From contig CBDBLX010000002.1 of assembly GCA_965207445.1 (NCBI GenBank), forward strand, positions 960,001 through 1,024,000: DNA of 64,000 nt, in the 5' to 3' direction. The notes under the pieces were generated by a model, which did no database searches, was not told the DNA's origin, and saw nothing but the letters and a program-made list of their open reading frames with translations. Positions 33,031-44,271 of this stretch are shown here, one piece after another; the stretch's first letter is position 1, and each line of letters starts with the position of its first letter. The position numbers were made by a program, and so were the translations under genes. This DNA comes from Nitrosopumilus sp. (GTDB lineage: Archaea > Thermoproteota > Nitrososphaeria > Nitrososphaerales > Nitrosopumilaceae).

Positions 33031-33222
33031 TGGCCTACGGTTAGCTTGTTGAGATTGTGATATCTGCATTCAAGAGAAAGATGGAGAATATCTACCAAGA
33101 GATCAAATTAAAGATCCGCACCTATAACACAATGTTGCAAATTGGCAAGGAGGTGAAATCATAATTCTAACAACAACATAAACATAAACAACTATTTGCG
33201 CGTATAATTACGCACCAGATGC
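33031..33222 (+). pseudogene. C-terminal remnant and right end of an IS5-family element
   Basis: Translates as AYG*LVEIVISAFKRKMENIYQEIKLKIRTYN; followed by TIR-like AATTACGCACCA. Confidence 0.6.
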
Positions 33223-33569
33223 AAATAGCGTCCTAGTGCCGGATCAACATGTTTGATTTTTGAAGGTGTAAGGCTTCAAATCCGGTCATTGTGGCTTGCG
33301 CTCTTACACGTGTCACTGAAAGCCTGCCGAGTCATATTGCAACGGTGTCGTCCTACAGGATACGTATCGAATTGTACAACACGCTAATTTATTGTGATTA
33401 ATTACAATAGATGTTTCTTGTTTGTGATGTGGCAGTAAAATAACGTGACTGTACTGTCAATTAATGTAAGGCGCCATACACAGAATAATACTAATAACAA
33501 TAATTGGTCATACCATTGTATCGTACACCTATTATAGTATTATCAAGTATTTTTTAATATTCAAACCAA

Positions 33570-33863
33570 TTAATTACTATTTGTTTTAACTAGTTTCCTA
33601 AGTTCTGTAACTGCCAACTGGAAAATTGATTCATCATCGAGCGGTATGCATGGTATGTTATTTTCTTGACATGCTTTTATATTCTGTCTGTCTCTAGTTA
33701 AAAAGATCATTTTATTTGTTTGTGCATAACTAATTACAGAAAAATCTGTATGCATGCTATTTCCAGCATCATTGAGTTTTCTAACACTTTGTGCATCAAA
33801 TCCTAATTTTTGAAGTTTTATATCCCACCCATCAGAGTGCTCGTCTACAAGAATCTTCACCAT
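33570..33863 (-). CDS. PIN-like domain protein (DUF5615/Mut7-C-like)
   Basis: KILVDEH...LQKLGFDA...TD..VI.YA....MIFLTRD. Confidence 0.75.
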   Translation of the reverse strand: MVKILVDEHSDGWDIKLQKLGFDAQSVRKLNDAGNSMHTDFSVISYAQTNKMIFLTRDRQNIKACQENNIPCIPLDDESIFQLAVTELRKLVKTNSN

Positions 33864-34075
33864 GTTAAATATTATATGTGCTTCTTTATTATTGTACCTA
33901 AAATCAAATTTATTATGATTATATAATTAAAAGTCTGTAAATATTATGATATATGTAGTTGATAACTTTGATTCTTGTTATGTAACTTGTGATGGAATTT
34001 TCTATTGCAAATATTATTAAATCAAAAAATAATACACTAGTGTTTTGTAAAAAATATGCAATATTTGTTAATTCT

Positions 34076-34453
34076 TTATATTGCATTTGTGATCTCTTTG
34101 ACCTTTTCAACAATCTTGATTTTTTTGTTGATTGGCATGTCACGTTCAATGGTAAAGTATATTGTATTTCGACTTGTATACACAACCATCTGAGATACTT
34201 TTTCACGTTCAACGTGAACATATGTGACCTTGCCGAGAGTTCTGTCAAATTCTTTACGCATCTTTCTTCTTTGAGCTACTTGTTGACAAAAGTGTTCTTC
34301 TTCTCTTTGAGATTTAAGATTGGTCTTACCTGTCTTCATTATGGCTTCGCGTATCTTGCCTTGAAGGTTAATAATGGCTGCAAAACGCATTTTAGAATCC
34401 AGATTGAGGATCTTATTTACTATTTCAATAAGATCAACTTTATTGGAACTCAT
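34076..34453 (-). CDS. thaumarchaeal DUF6659/roadblock-like protein
   Basis: ILNLDSKMRFAAIIN..GK...RKEFDRTLGKVTYVHVEREKV. Confidence 0.75.
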   Translation of the reverse strand: MSSNKVDLIEIVNKILNLDSKMRFAAIINLQGKIREAIMKTGKTNLKSQREEEHFCQQVAQRRKMRKEFDRTLGKVTYVHVEREKVSQMVVYTSRNTIYFTIERDMPINKKIKIVEKVKEITNAI

Positions 34454-34623
34454 TATATTTACAATATTTAGGACTCATATAAGCTATCGTGCTTTTACTC
34501 AATATTCGTTTTGATATTTAACTGAATATATAATATATTCTATAGTTTTGCTATATGATATGAAAATTTGGTTGTAACATATGTATTGTTAATTTAATGT
34601 CATTTTAATTTATAGTATGAATA

Positions 34624-36297
34624 GAGGTTGGTGCGTAATTGACATTTGGCCTGCCTGTGACCCGTCTGTGAACTTGGTTTATTGCACATTCAATCTACAA
34701 AAGACTGGAATCTATCTATAGTGCGTTTCGTTTTTGAATATGCATGTGTGTTTTGGCAGACATGGATTATAGAATATGAAACGTGCAAGTGTGATAGCAG
34801 TCACTATCATTGGTATGATGGAATTTTTTGCCCTTTTTCATGAGCGCAGATAAATCTGTTCAGGACGTTGATATTCCATGCAATTGATAGTATTTTACCA
34901 AATCGCTTTCTGTTTTTGGCCAGACGCATACGACAGTGCAGCCTGTGATTCTTTGTCTCTTCTGCTCCAAATATTGCCTCGATAAGTGCGCGTTGTTTGT
35001 ATGCATCTTGGTCAAAGATCTCTGCTGCCTTTTTTCTGCTTGGTTTGCCACGGTTTGTATGACCTGCGCCATCTGTGTGATTGCGTTGCTTTATGTTTGG
35101 TTTCATGTTTGCATTGAATATTGTCTCGCAATTTTGATCCGAGTCGTATCCCTTGTCTCCGTTGAATAAGCGTTCTTCAATCTGTGTATAGTTTTTTGTG
35201 AGAAAGCTGACCATATATGGAAGCATTGACGTGTCACTCACATTGCTTGGAGTTGTGTATGATGCAAGTATGATCTGGTGTCCTGTTATCGCAGTAATGT
35301 GATATTTTAGGTACATCTTGATGCGTGTAGGCTCAAAGTCTTGTAGTACATGATTAGGTCTTTCTTGTTTTTCGTACCTGTCAGTCTCTACCCCACTACT
35401 GTCTATCCCAATTGGAGCTGTAGGTTCTTGTTTTACGTCTTGTTTACCGCTCTCAAAATCCTCGGATCCGTGCGTAAGTATGGTCTCTTTACCTTTTATC
35501 GGTACCGGATCTGTCCCCGATTTTTTAAGTTCAGTTAGACACATATTGGCAGTATATGCCAAAATAGAATCAAGCCAGTCGAGATCAATTGTTTGCATAT
35601 GTTTGGTTACCCAACTATAATCAGGCTTCGGCTCGTCAACCCATTCATCATGCATATGTCCAAGCTCATTTACCACGTCACGAAAAGGAATATTTTTTGC
35701 AACTTTTAAAAGACACAAAAAATCCATCTTGTCACGAGAATGTACCGGCTTGCATCCTCTATTTGTTTTCTTTTCCTTGCACGGATGTGGGTTTTTTCGT
35801 ATCGCCGACAGCAAGGTCTTGCGCATAAAATCCGGCTCAGATTTGCGTGCCTGTTCGTAATACTGCCAATAACCTTCGCGTCGCTTGTGCTGCTCTGTCA
35901 CTATACGGTCTGCCTCCATAATCTGTTCTTATTTGAGACCCGCCCACTAAATTTACACAAACAACAAGCAGGCGCCACATTCATCACAAACCATGCATTG
36001 TAATGGGCGACATTCTGTGTAGTATAGCATGTTGTGGTAACCCACCATATGTCGTCGTTCCACCACACTTCACAAACGATACGTTGATAACATTGGCTAG
36101 TCAACGTTGTTTAGCATCCCCTTTGTTATTATCACAATTATTCAATTGGGATGCCCCTATAAGTAACTTTTGGTATGCGCGCATATACTTTTATATATGA
36201 GCTTATTAAATATATATACATAAAACTCTGGCGATATTTGCAGATGGCTTTGCAAGTACGATGCAGGTGGCGATTTGATGAATTACGCACCAACCAC
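34624..36297 (-). mobile_element. IS5-like element copy C
   Basis: Same TIRs; 9-bp TSD GTATGAATA. Confidence 0.95.
34807..35919 (-). CDS. DDE transposase (IS5-like), copy C
   Basis: Intact 370 aa; same translation as copy D. Confidence 0.92.
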   Translation of the reverse strand: MEADRIVTEQHKRREGYWQYYEQARKSEPDFMRKTLLSAIRKNPHPCKEKKTNRGCKPVHSRDKMDFLCLLKVAKNIPFRDVVNELGHMHDEWVDEPKPDYSWVTKHMQTIDLDWLDSILAYTANMCLTELKKSGTDPVPIKGKETILTHGSEDFESGKQDVKQEPTAPIGIDSSGVETDRYEKQERPNHVLQDFEPTRIKMYLKYHITAITGHQIILASYTTPSNVSDTSMLPYMVSFLTKNYTQIEERLFNGDKGYDSDQNCETIFNANMKPNIKQRNHTDGAGHTNRGKPSRKKAAEIFDQDAYKQRALIEAIFGAEETKNHRLHCRMRLAKNRKRFGKILSIAWNINVLNRFICAHEKGQKIPSYQ

Positions 36298-36340
36298 GTA
36301 TGAATATGAGATTAATAACGCTTAATGTGTTATCTAAAGT

Positions 36341-36550
36341 GTGATACTCTCAGTATTTATCATATTAATCGGTCTTACTATGTTTGTGTCTGGTTTGGTG
36401 GTGTTTTACTCTATTGAGATGGGGCAGTTTGAGCCTGTATCTAGATTTATCAAAAATACTGGAATATTCATTGGGTTAACTGGGATAGGAGCAGTTATGG
36501 TTGGTATACTTTTGTTATTAATAGACAAAAGTGAGCCGATCAAAGACTAG
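36341..36550 (+). CDS. small two-TM membrane protein
   Basis: Two hydrophobic helices. Confidence 0.6.
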   Translation: MILSVFIILIGLTMFVSGLVVFYSIEMGQFEPVSRFIKNTGIFIGLTGIGAVMVGILLLLIDKSEPIKD

Positions 36551-36622
36551 TATTATTTGGTAAAATATAGTTTGATCAATATTGTCACAACTATTAATTG
36601 TATAATCTATGGTATTGATAAC

Positions 36623-37096
36623 ATGGATGCTAACAAAGCATGGCTTGGCGCATTATACCTCAAAGATGAGGGTGGATATGATATTGTTCTAAAAGCACTA
36701 GAACACTATAAAAGACGATTAAAAACTATAGGAAAAAGTCCAGAATTGCAAGGTGCTGCTGCAATGTTTTCTGTCGTATTACGCCAACAGGCAGTCAAAA
36801 TAATCCCAGAGATTGATGTAGTATGTGACAAAATATGTAATAGCTTGGCTTGTAATGATTATACTCTAGTCAGTAAGATTGTAGATGATATGCCACTTGT
36901 CAAAAAAGCGCTTTTATGTTACAAATCAGATATACAAAAAGCTCGTGATACAAAACATGAATATTTTATAAAACTGATACATCATCACAATGACAAAAAA
37001 TCATCTACAGAGGATTCACAATCATCAGAAACAACATCTGATACACTGGACATGATTGAATCTGCAATACTTAAACTTGATGCATCTGAGACATGA
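36623..37096 (+). CDS. hypothetical protein
   Basis: Open frame from MDANKAWLGALYLKDEGGY. Confidence 0.7.
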   Translation: MDANKAWLGALYLKDEGGYDIVLKALEHYKRRLKTIGKSPELQGAAAMFSVVLRQQAVKIIPEIDVVCDKICNSLACNDYTLVSKIVDDMPLVKKALLCYKSDIQKARDTKHEYFIKLIHHHNDKKSSTEDSQSSETTSDTLDMIESAILKLDASET

Positions 37097-37108
37097 TTAT
37101 AATATTCG

Positions 37109-37348
37109 TTAACGTGCACTGATTCCTTGCAGATACCAATCCACATACGGCTTTAGTGCAGCGCACTTTATTCTTCGCTCTTGTTCGTCGTTCTCACCTT
37201 CAATGGCGTCTATCTTTTTTTGCAGATACAAAGATGTGTGCTTGCTCTTTAAAAAGGGACGTATGTGATTTAACACCATCACTATATCTTTTGTCGATAC
37301 GTGCTCAAAGTCGTTGCTTATACGTTTGGCATCCATCTCTAGTGTCAC
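37109..37348 (-). CDS. hypothetical protein
   Basis: 79-aa ORF, LKPYVDWYLQG C-terminus. Confidence 0.6.
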   Translation of the reverse strand: MTLEMDAKRISNDFEHVSTKDIVMVLNHIRPFLKSKHTSLYLQKKIDAIEGENDEQERRIKCAALKPYVDWYLQGISAR

Positions 37349-37397
37349 ATGTCAAATCGGCTTGCACTCTTTATTATTTCTTGCATTGTGTTGATAT

Positions 37398-37478
37398 GTA
37401 ACCGTTTAACTCCTGTGTCTGTTTTAGACGTTAGATGATGAATCTGTGCCTAAATTTGGGAAGAGGTTGAACGGTTAC
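37398..37478. mobile_element. ~80-bp MITE with IS66-type TIRs (copy 2)
   Basis: GTAACCGTTTAAC...GGTTGAACGGTTAC; flanked by near-perfect 9-bp repeat TGTTGATAT/TGTTAATAT. Confidence 0.82.
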
Positions 37479-37755
37479 TGTTAATATGATATACACATGA
37501 AAAATTTTCTACCAATTTTTTACTAAAAATAATCACAATAAAATAATTTATCTATACAGTTATCATAAACGTAGTGTTTCAAATAAAGAATAAAAAATTC
37601 CATAGACAAACATCAATGGCTCAGGAACAATAAATGAAGATAAAAACCGAAAAATTTTGGTTCATTGTTTTAATTACTAGTAGCTTGTTCTAGTCGAATA
37701 ATGTTTATACTCTAATATCTGACTATCTTACAGATCTTAGACTGGTGAACTTGAA

Positions 37756-38244
37756 ATGAATACTGATTTTACAAAATTTAAAGACAAATTATTTAAAATT
37801 CGACAACTTGCATACAACACATACGATATCCAACATCCTATGATCAAAGGACAGTTGCGCATAATTGCCGTTCCTGGGAATTTTGTTCAAATGGCTAGGG
37901 CAAATACTGAGGATGGTATTCCTCAGATTGGCGTAGGGACGCAAAATGTTATAGGATTTAGCAACATGGGCAAGAAACTAAAACCGATCAACTCTAATAT
38001 ATCGCCAGATCAACTCTCTTCTACTGACAAAGAAGATATTACAAGATATGTTGAGAATGAACACGAACCTTGGAACGAATTCTTACTAGAGGATAACCTA
38101 CTAGTAAGACTAAAAACTGTATTGACCAAAGTCACGTGGGTGAAACCATCTGTCAACATTCAAGGAGACCCGCTTCTTTGGGTTCGTACTAGTATCAATG
38201 TGGACGTATCTAAATCTAAAATTGGTGAATCTGGACTGGTATAA
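37756..38244 (+). CDS. hypothetical protein
   Basis: 162-aa ORF; EPWNEFLLED..LVRLK motif. Confidence 0.7.
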   Translation: MNTDFTKFKDKLFKIRQLAYNTYDIQHPMIKGQLRIIAVPGNFVQMARANTEDGIPQIGVGTQNVIGFSNMGKKLKPINSNISPDQLSSTDKEDITRYVENEHEPWNEFLLEDNLLVRLKTVLTKVTWVKPSVNIQGDPLLWVRTSINVDVSKSKIGESGLV

Positions 38245-38313
38245 AAGACACGTGTATGACATTTACAATAATCATTATTTACACGACAATAACGAGTACA
38301 TCAGACACCAACA

Positions 38314-38553
38314 TTAATCCTCTTGTAATGTTGCATCGTCATTACTCCATGTAACTCGAAACTTACCTGTGACTCGTAGTACATCCACTGTACCTCCTTT
38401 TTTGAATATTAGGCGGTATGGCTTGTGTGATGTGTCTTCAATGTCAAGGGGCACATCGTCTGTTCTTGCTCGAAATTTGACTGGATCATTTGAGACTTGC
38501 TCCCACTGTGCAGAGTCAAAATCCATGTATAGTTTGGTGTACAACAATCCCAT
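38314..38553 (-). CDS. hypothetical protein
   Basis: MGLLYTKLYMDF...GKFRVTWSNDD; start uncertain. Confidence 0.6.
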   Translation of the reverse strand: MGLLYTKLYMDFDSAQWEQVSNDPVKFRARTDDVPLDIEDTSHKPYRLIFKKGGTVDVLRVTGKFRVTWSNDDATLQED

Positions 38554-38902
38554 GATGTGTCGTATGTGCACCTGTATAAATAATGAGTTGATAGGCACGT
38601 CATTGCAAATTTAATTAATATATAATTATATGGATATATTAATAAAGTTTTTATCTAGTGATATATATGACAAAATAAATGGATATTTTTCTCAAAAAAT
38701 TACACAGAAACTCACTATTATTTTTTTTAATTTGTCTATTCAAATGAATTTACCAAATATCGAGTTTTATAAAATGTTCATTGTTGATTAGATATTATCT
38801 TTGGGGTCTATATTACAATCTGTGATTTCGTTGTGAATATTATTACTCATTTGAATTTTTGCTCAAATAAATTAAATTTTATTTATATAATTATTTTATT
38901 TT

Positions 38903-38977
38903 ATAACCATTCAACTCACATACCTACGTCATACGTTAGGCGGTGAATCCGTACATAAATTTGGTAAGGGGTTTTAA
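38903..38977. mobile_element. degenerate IS66-type MITE (copy 3)
   Basis: ATAACCATTCAACTC...ACGTTAGGCGGTGAATCCGTACATAAATTTGGTAAGGGGTT resembles copy 2. Confidence 0.55.
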
Positions 38978-39025
38978 TTTTTTTATTGTAAAATAAGATT
39001 AACGTGAAAATGAAATATGTGTATA

Positions 39026-41218
39026 TCATTCTTTGTCGATAAACTCATTTGCTTGTGGTGGATTCGGTGACAGTCCTTTGCGCTTTCTGATATCACTTAT
39101 TGCAGATTCTAAAAGCGACTTTGGAACCTCACTCCATTCTTTAAATGATGTATTCCATGTTGCCCTACCTGCTGTCTGACCTCTCATCTCTTCTGATAGT
39201 GTAAATGTCTCTGATGCCGGTATCTCGCCTGTGACTATACTTGATGCGCCCATTTGTGACATGTCCAAAACCTTGCCGCGTTTACCTGACAGTACTGTTG
39301 CTACATTCCCAACTAAATCCGTAGGTACGCGGACCTCTATTGCAAGCATGGGCTCTAGTACTATTGTCCCTGCAGTTAACAGCGCTCCCATACATGCCCT
39401 TCTTGATGCCGGACCTAGTTGTGACAGTCCCCGATGGGCAGTATCTTCGTGTGGAACAAAATGTGTAAATGTAAATTTACAATCCCTCATCTGCTCACGA
39501 CATAATGGACCTTCTTTCATAACCTCTTCAAATCCAGAGTTGATAGAGTCTGTAGACTCTTGGACAAACTGTACACCTTTGGTCCCATTTATCATTACAT
39601 TTCCGCGTGAGTCAAGACGCATAATTCTCTTGATCGTATCTGTATCCCACCCTGCACCCTTTAGCAGATCTGAGACTGTCTTTTTATCCTTCATATCACT
39701 GATCTCACCTGTTCTGAGCATATTTGCAATCTCTGGTTCTAGTGGTTCTACTTTCATGAATATCTTGTTGTGTCTGTTCGGTGACTTTGCCATTACGGGC
39801 TCACACGTTGAGCGTACAGTCTCCCTATAGTTTATCAGAGGCTCTGATGTTATTATCTCTAGTTTTGCATCTTGTATTCTATGGGTTGCAACATCTAAAT
39901 GCAACACCCCCATACCTGCCACAATAGTCTCTCCACTCTCTTCATCTATCTTTACTACTAAATTCGGATCTTCTATAGTTAGTTGTTTTAGCACTTCAAC
40001 TAACTTTGGCAAGTCTTTTGGGTGCTTTGGCTCTATTGCAACTTGAACCACTGGTTCTGATACGTACTTTACCCCTTCAAAAACTGGCATGTCTTTTATC
40101 ATTGATATTGTGTTTCCTGCCCTTGCATCTGTCAGTCCTAGTAGCGCAGGTATATTACCTGCTCCTAGTTCTCCTACTTGCTCACGTTGATTTCCCATGA
40201 AAAAGTTTACAGATTGAATGCGTCCTTGGCGCTTTTCATCAATTATGTGTATTGTTTGCCCATCACGAACGGTACCTGAAAATAGTCTTCCAATGGCAAC
40301 AGGACCTGCAGCGGGATCAAGTACCATGTTGACGATCATCATTATGGTGGGTCCTTCATCACTACACTCTAAAAGAGCTTTTCCTACATCAGAGTCCAAG
40401 TCACCTTTCCATATCTGTGGTATACGATACTTTACTGCCTCGTGCGGTGCCGGATGGTGTTTAACTACCATTCCCAATACTGCATCTGCAAGCGGCGCTT
40501 TTTCAACTAACTCTGCTACTTTTTCACCTTCGTATGCATCTATTACATCTTTGAATGTTATTCCGCGCTCTTTCATCATATCAATGTTAATTGCCCATCG
40601 ATCTTTTGCAGAACCAAACGTCACACTAGCGTCTTGAATTGAGACCTTCCATTTGTCACGATACTCTGCTTCTGCATATGTGTCGATCAATCGATTAAAG
40701 TTTGACACTACATCAGCTAACTGTTGTTGCATCTTTTCAGGTGTAAGTCGAAGTTCTTTTATCAAACGGTCTACTTTATTTATGAACAGTACTGGTCGCA
40801 CTCTCTCCTCTAATGCCATGCGTGTTACAGTCTCTGTTTGAGTCATTATGCCCTCAACAGCGTCACACACTACAACTGCACCATCAATTGCTCTTAGACT
40901 CCTGATCACTCTACCACTAAAATCAACATGACCTGGTGTGTCGATCATATTTATGACGTATTCTTTGCCCCCTTGTGAAAAATGTAGTGTGACGTTTGCT
41001 TGATATATGGTAATTCCCCTTTGCTGTTCTTCTTTATCAAAGTCCATTGCAAGTGCCTTACCTGCTGCTGAAGGTGCAATAATCCCAGAGTATGCCAACA
41101 GACTGTCACTCATCGTAGTCTTGCCATGATCCACATGTGCAATAACTCCAAAGTTGCGTATTTGGTCCTTGTTTTTGATGATCTTCAAAACCTCGCCTGT
41201 TGACTTGAATTTTACCAT
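39026..41218 (-). CDS. fusA: translation elongation factor EF-2
   Basis: AHVDHGKTT, RGITI, DTPGHVDF, NKVD, HEDTAHRG diphthamide loop. Confidence 0.98.
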   Translation of the reverse strand: MVKFKSTGEVLKIIKNKDQIRNFGVIAHVDHGKTTMSDSLLAYSGIIAPSAAGKALAMDFDKEEQQRGITIYQANVTLHFSQGGKEYVINMIDTPGHVDFSGRVIRSLRAIDGAVVVCDAVEGIMTQTETVTRMALEERVRPVLFINKVDRLIKELRLTPEKMQQQLADVVSNFNRLIDTYAEAEYRDKWKVSIQDASVTFGSAKDRWAINIDMMKERGITFKDVIDAYEGEKVAELVEKAPLADAVLGMVVKHHPAPHEAVKYRIPQIWKGDLDSDVGKALLECSDEGPTIMMIVNMVLDPAAGPVAIGRLFSGTVRDGQTIHIIDEKRQGRIQSVNFFMGNQREQVGELGAGNIPALLGLTDARAGNTISMIKDMPVFEGVKYVSEPVVQVAIEPKHPKDLPKLVEVLKQLTIEDPNLVVKIDEESGETIVAGMGVLHLDVATHRIQDAKLEIITSEPLINYRETVRSTCEPVMAKSPNRHNKIFMKVEPLEPEIANMLRTGEISDMKDKKTVSDLLKGAGWDTDTIKRIMRLDSRGNVMINGTKGVQFVQESTDSINSGFEEVMKEGPLCREQMRDCKFTFTHFVPHEDTAHRGLSQLGPASRRACMGALLTAGTIVLEPMLAIEVRVPTDLVGNVATVLSGKRGKVLDMSQMGASSIVTGEIPASETFTLSEEMRGQTAGRATWNTSFKEWSEVPKSLLESAISDIRKRKGLSPNPPQANEFIDKE

Positions 41219-41352
41219 GTTGGCAACGCTCAAATTTTAGCTTTTAAATCTTGGCTTGTTTAATCAATTGATTATATAAAAAACAAAATCCAATTTTTCT
41301 GATTTTGATACAATCCACTGATTTTTATTACAATTGATGAATTTTCATATCA

Positions 41353-42195
41353 ATGCAAATAACTGTGGGACATACACCTGATGCTGATGATGCGTTTATG
41401 TTTTATGGTATGCTATCTGGAAAAATTCCATCACCTGGATTTGAGATTGCACATGTGGTAGAGGATATAGAAGCACTCAACTGCAAGGCACTGTCCCCTA
41501 GTCTTGATGTGACTGCAGTGTCTGCGCATGCGTGCGCATTTATACCTGGATATACGATACTTCGAAGTGGTGGGAGTTTTGGATTAGGGTATGGTCCAAT
41601 AGTCACTACTAAAATGGAAAATAGTCAGATAAGCATTAATGATCTAAGTGATGCTACCATTGCCATACCTGGAAAGATGACGTCGGCATTTTTGTTACTG
41701 CAGCTTGTCATTGGTAAATTTAAATATGTAGAGATGAACTTTGCACAGATACCTGATGCTGTGCGTTTGGGCAAGGTGGATGCTGGGCTAGTAATTCATG
41801 AGACACAGCTCTCATACACTAATGAAGGAATTGCAAAGATTTTTGATGTGGGACGATGGTGGCATGATACTACTGGCGGTCTTCCTGTTCCATTGGGTGT
41901 TAATGTGATTAAAAGCGACCTTGGGGAACAAACAATTACAAAGTTTGATAGATATTTGCGAGATTCTATACAGTATGGTCTTGATAATGATAATGATGCT
42001 ATTGACTATGCAATGAAATATGCTAGAGGAAAACCAAAGGACATGATAAACAAATTTGTTCACATGTATGTTAACAAGTCAACTGTAAACATGGGTGATG
42101 CAGGTGAAAAAGCTATAAACTTGATGTTTAATATGGCGTCTCAGCGTAACCTATTGGAAAAACCATTTGTTGCAAAGATTGCTCCAAAACTTTGA
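41353..42195 (+). CDS. mqnD: MqnA/MqnD family menaquinone biosynthesis protein, 1,4-dihydroxy-6-naphthoate synthase-like
   Basis: GHTPDADDAFMF, DIEALN, GLGYGP, PGKMTSA, GLVIHE, LPVPLG, MYVN. Confidence 0.85.
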   Translation: MQITVGHTPDADDAFMFYGMLSGKIPSPGFEIAHVVEDIEALNCKALSPSLDVTAVSAHACAFIPGYTILRSGGSFGLGYGPIVTTKMENSQISINDLSDATIAIPGKMTSAFLLLQLVIGKFKYVEMNFAQIPDAVRLGKVDAGLVIHETQLSYTNEGIAKIFDVGRWWHDTTGGLPVPLGVNVIKSDLGEQTITKFDRYLRDSIQYGLDNDNDAIDYAMKYARGKPKDMINKFVHMYVNKSTVNMGDAGEKAINLMFNMASQRNLLEKPFVAKIAPKL

Positions 42196-42375
42196 TTAAA
42201 TTTTATAATTATTTAAAATGATTATACTCTATAATAAAGTGTTACTATAATGTATGATCATTTATATGAATTGATAGGTTAAATGATGAGTGTTGCTTGT
42301 GGGTTGTTGCTTGTGGGTTGTTGGTGTATGATAAACTTGCATGATTTCACATCTAAAAAATTTGTGTGAATCAAG

Positions 42376-44271
42376 GTGTGAACCAACCTATTTTGGCATA
42401 ATAACAAGATCATATATTTTTAAGATGTATCATCAGACGGTGGGCCAATGATTTTACACAACTCCTCCCAGACATTTAGTCCACGCAGCTTCCACGTCTC
42501 AACACAACTAAATATTACACAGAGATTTTCTGCTCCCTTGTCACTCTTCAACTGTAGATGATTGTTCCTCTGACCTATTACAGGTTTCATTGACTGTTCT
42601 CCAAGATTTGTGGTATAGTAGACAAATGGATACAAAACAAATGTAAAAAGTTCGGGCGCTGCATTTTTTAGTGTGGTGCCAAACTTTTTCATTATCTCAT
42701 ATCTGCTTTTTTTGTATCTAGATATTATACCACACAACCATTTTTGAAGTTTTGTAACATATGAACGCCTACTCTTTAAAGAGCGGTCGCCACGAGTCCA
42801 TTTGCGCAACGCGATAAATTTTTTGTTCAACTCATTGTACAGATTGGTAGCAGATTCAAGTTCACTACGATTTGAAATAGTTCTACTCTCCCGCACAATG
42901 TGTTGTGTGTAGCGCTGTTTTATGTGATTTGAGAATACAGTACCATACCCGCGATATCCATCTCGACTTATTGCACCAATACAGTTTTCGGCCTGTACTA
43001 TGAGATCTGTTGCACTACGATTCTGAGAGTGCATACTGATATGATTAAAGATCCGATATTTTGATTGATATTCATCTCGAAGTTGAGTACATATTATGAA
43101 TACAAAATATTAGAAAACTATCGGATCTTTAATGAAACTATTATGCATGTACGCTACAGTGTCATCGTTTCTAACTGCCATTATCCATCTTTTGGGCTCA
43201 CCTTTGTATTCGGTCTCATCCATGATTACTGACTGTGATTTTTCTAATTCTGCCATGAAACCATCTCTTATGGGTTTTAGCATTGCAGTTTGACGGTCGT
43301 ATATATTACGAATTGTCGTATCAGAAACGTCTAGTTTGTACAGATTCTTTAAATCTTCTGAAACCATTTTAGGAGTCTTTCTGTGCGTGGATTGATATGT
43401 TACATAGCGAATTACAGAGTAATCGAACTGACCGTTTGGTGGAAGGTTATTTTTAGCTTGAAATTTTGCACCACAGTCAAGACAATTGTACTGGGCAGTT
43501 TTGTGTAGCGTTACAGTGTGAGGAACAAATTCATGTATAGAAACTATTGTCCGTTTTTATCCTTGTGGAGGTCTTGTATGTTGTTTTTACCACCACTCTG
43601 GGCAACATGTAGCAGCATGTCTCTTTTTTTCTGTTGCTTTGAATATGTGAGTACCACCATTATGCCCTAAAACACCACTTCGTTTGTTGGGTTTAGCCTT
43701 GTCTGTCTTTGCACCATTAGTGTTGTTTTTGTTTTGTGCAGATGTTTTTGATTTATTATTTTTTGATTTATTATTTTTTGATTTATTTGGATGTATGGCG
43801 CCCTGCTTTGATGATGGTGTATGGGCATTCTCATAATAGTTGAGCTTTGCCTCATAATTTTGTATGGTTGTATCTTTTTTTTTGACTTTGTTTTTTTATA
43901 GCAGTGTTATTCTTTTCTAGGTTTAAGTTATCTTCTTCTAATGTATTGACACGGCGCTTTAATGTATTTATAATATGATCTTTTTTCTTTAGCTCTTTAT
44001 ACTTACTATCTATTTTTGTTCAAGTTGCTGAATTTTCTTTTCATATTTTATTTTTAATTGAATATATACATAATCTGCTTTGTCTGATCTTTTTTGACTC
44101 ATGGTGTTGGTAAAAACCTTTGATCATATATGTGTATTTATTATTTCCAATGATTTAGATAGATTGATTTAAATATGAAAAATATCATAGTAAACCTAAA
44201 AATCTAAATTATTTTATTTATTCATATTCAAATTTTAAATGAATATATCAATCAGGGAGGTTGGTTCACAC
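42376..44271 (-). mobile_element. degenerate IS66-like element (family 2, copy 1); transposase pseudogene 42420-44102 interrupted by MITE
   Basis: 14-bp perfect TIR GTGTGAACCAACCT / AGGTTGGTTCACAC; MDETEY, SRDGY, TTNLGEQSMK motifs; frameshifts. Confidence 0.85.
43034..43143. mobile_element. 110-bp IS630-type MITE (copy 2) inside IS66-like transposase
   Basis: Absent from homologous site at ~54597-54605; flanked by TGCA on both sides. Confidence 0.9.

Noticed and set aside
35901..36200. 65-68 aa ORFs repeated in IS5-like copies (also 29543-29845, 63360-63659)
   Set aside because: Conserved only because the IS copies are near-identical; no recognisable motif
43667..43855. 62-aa ORF with INQKI repeats
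   Set aside because: Part of the frameshifted IS66-like transposase pseudogene with a 15-bp slippage repeat
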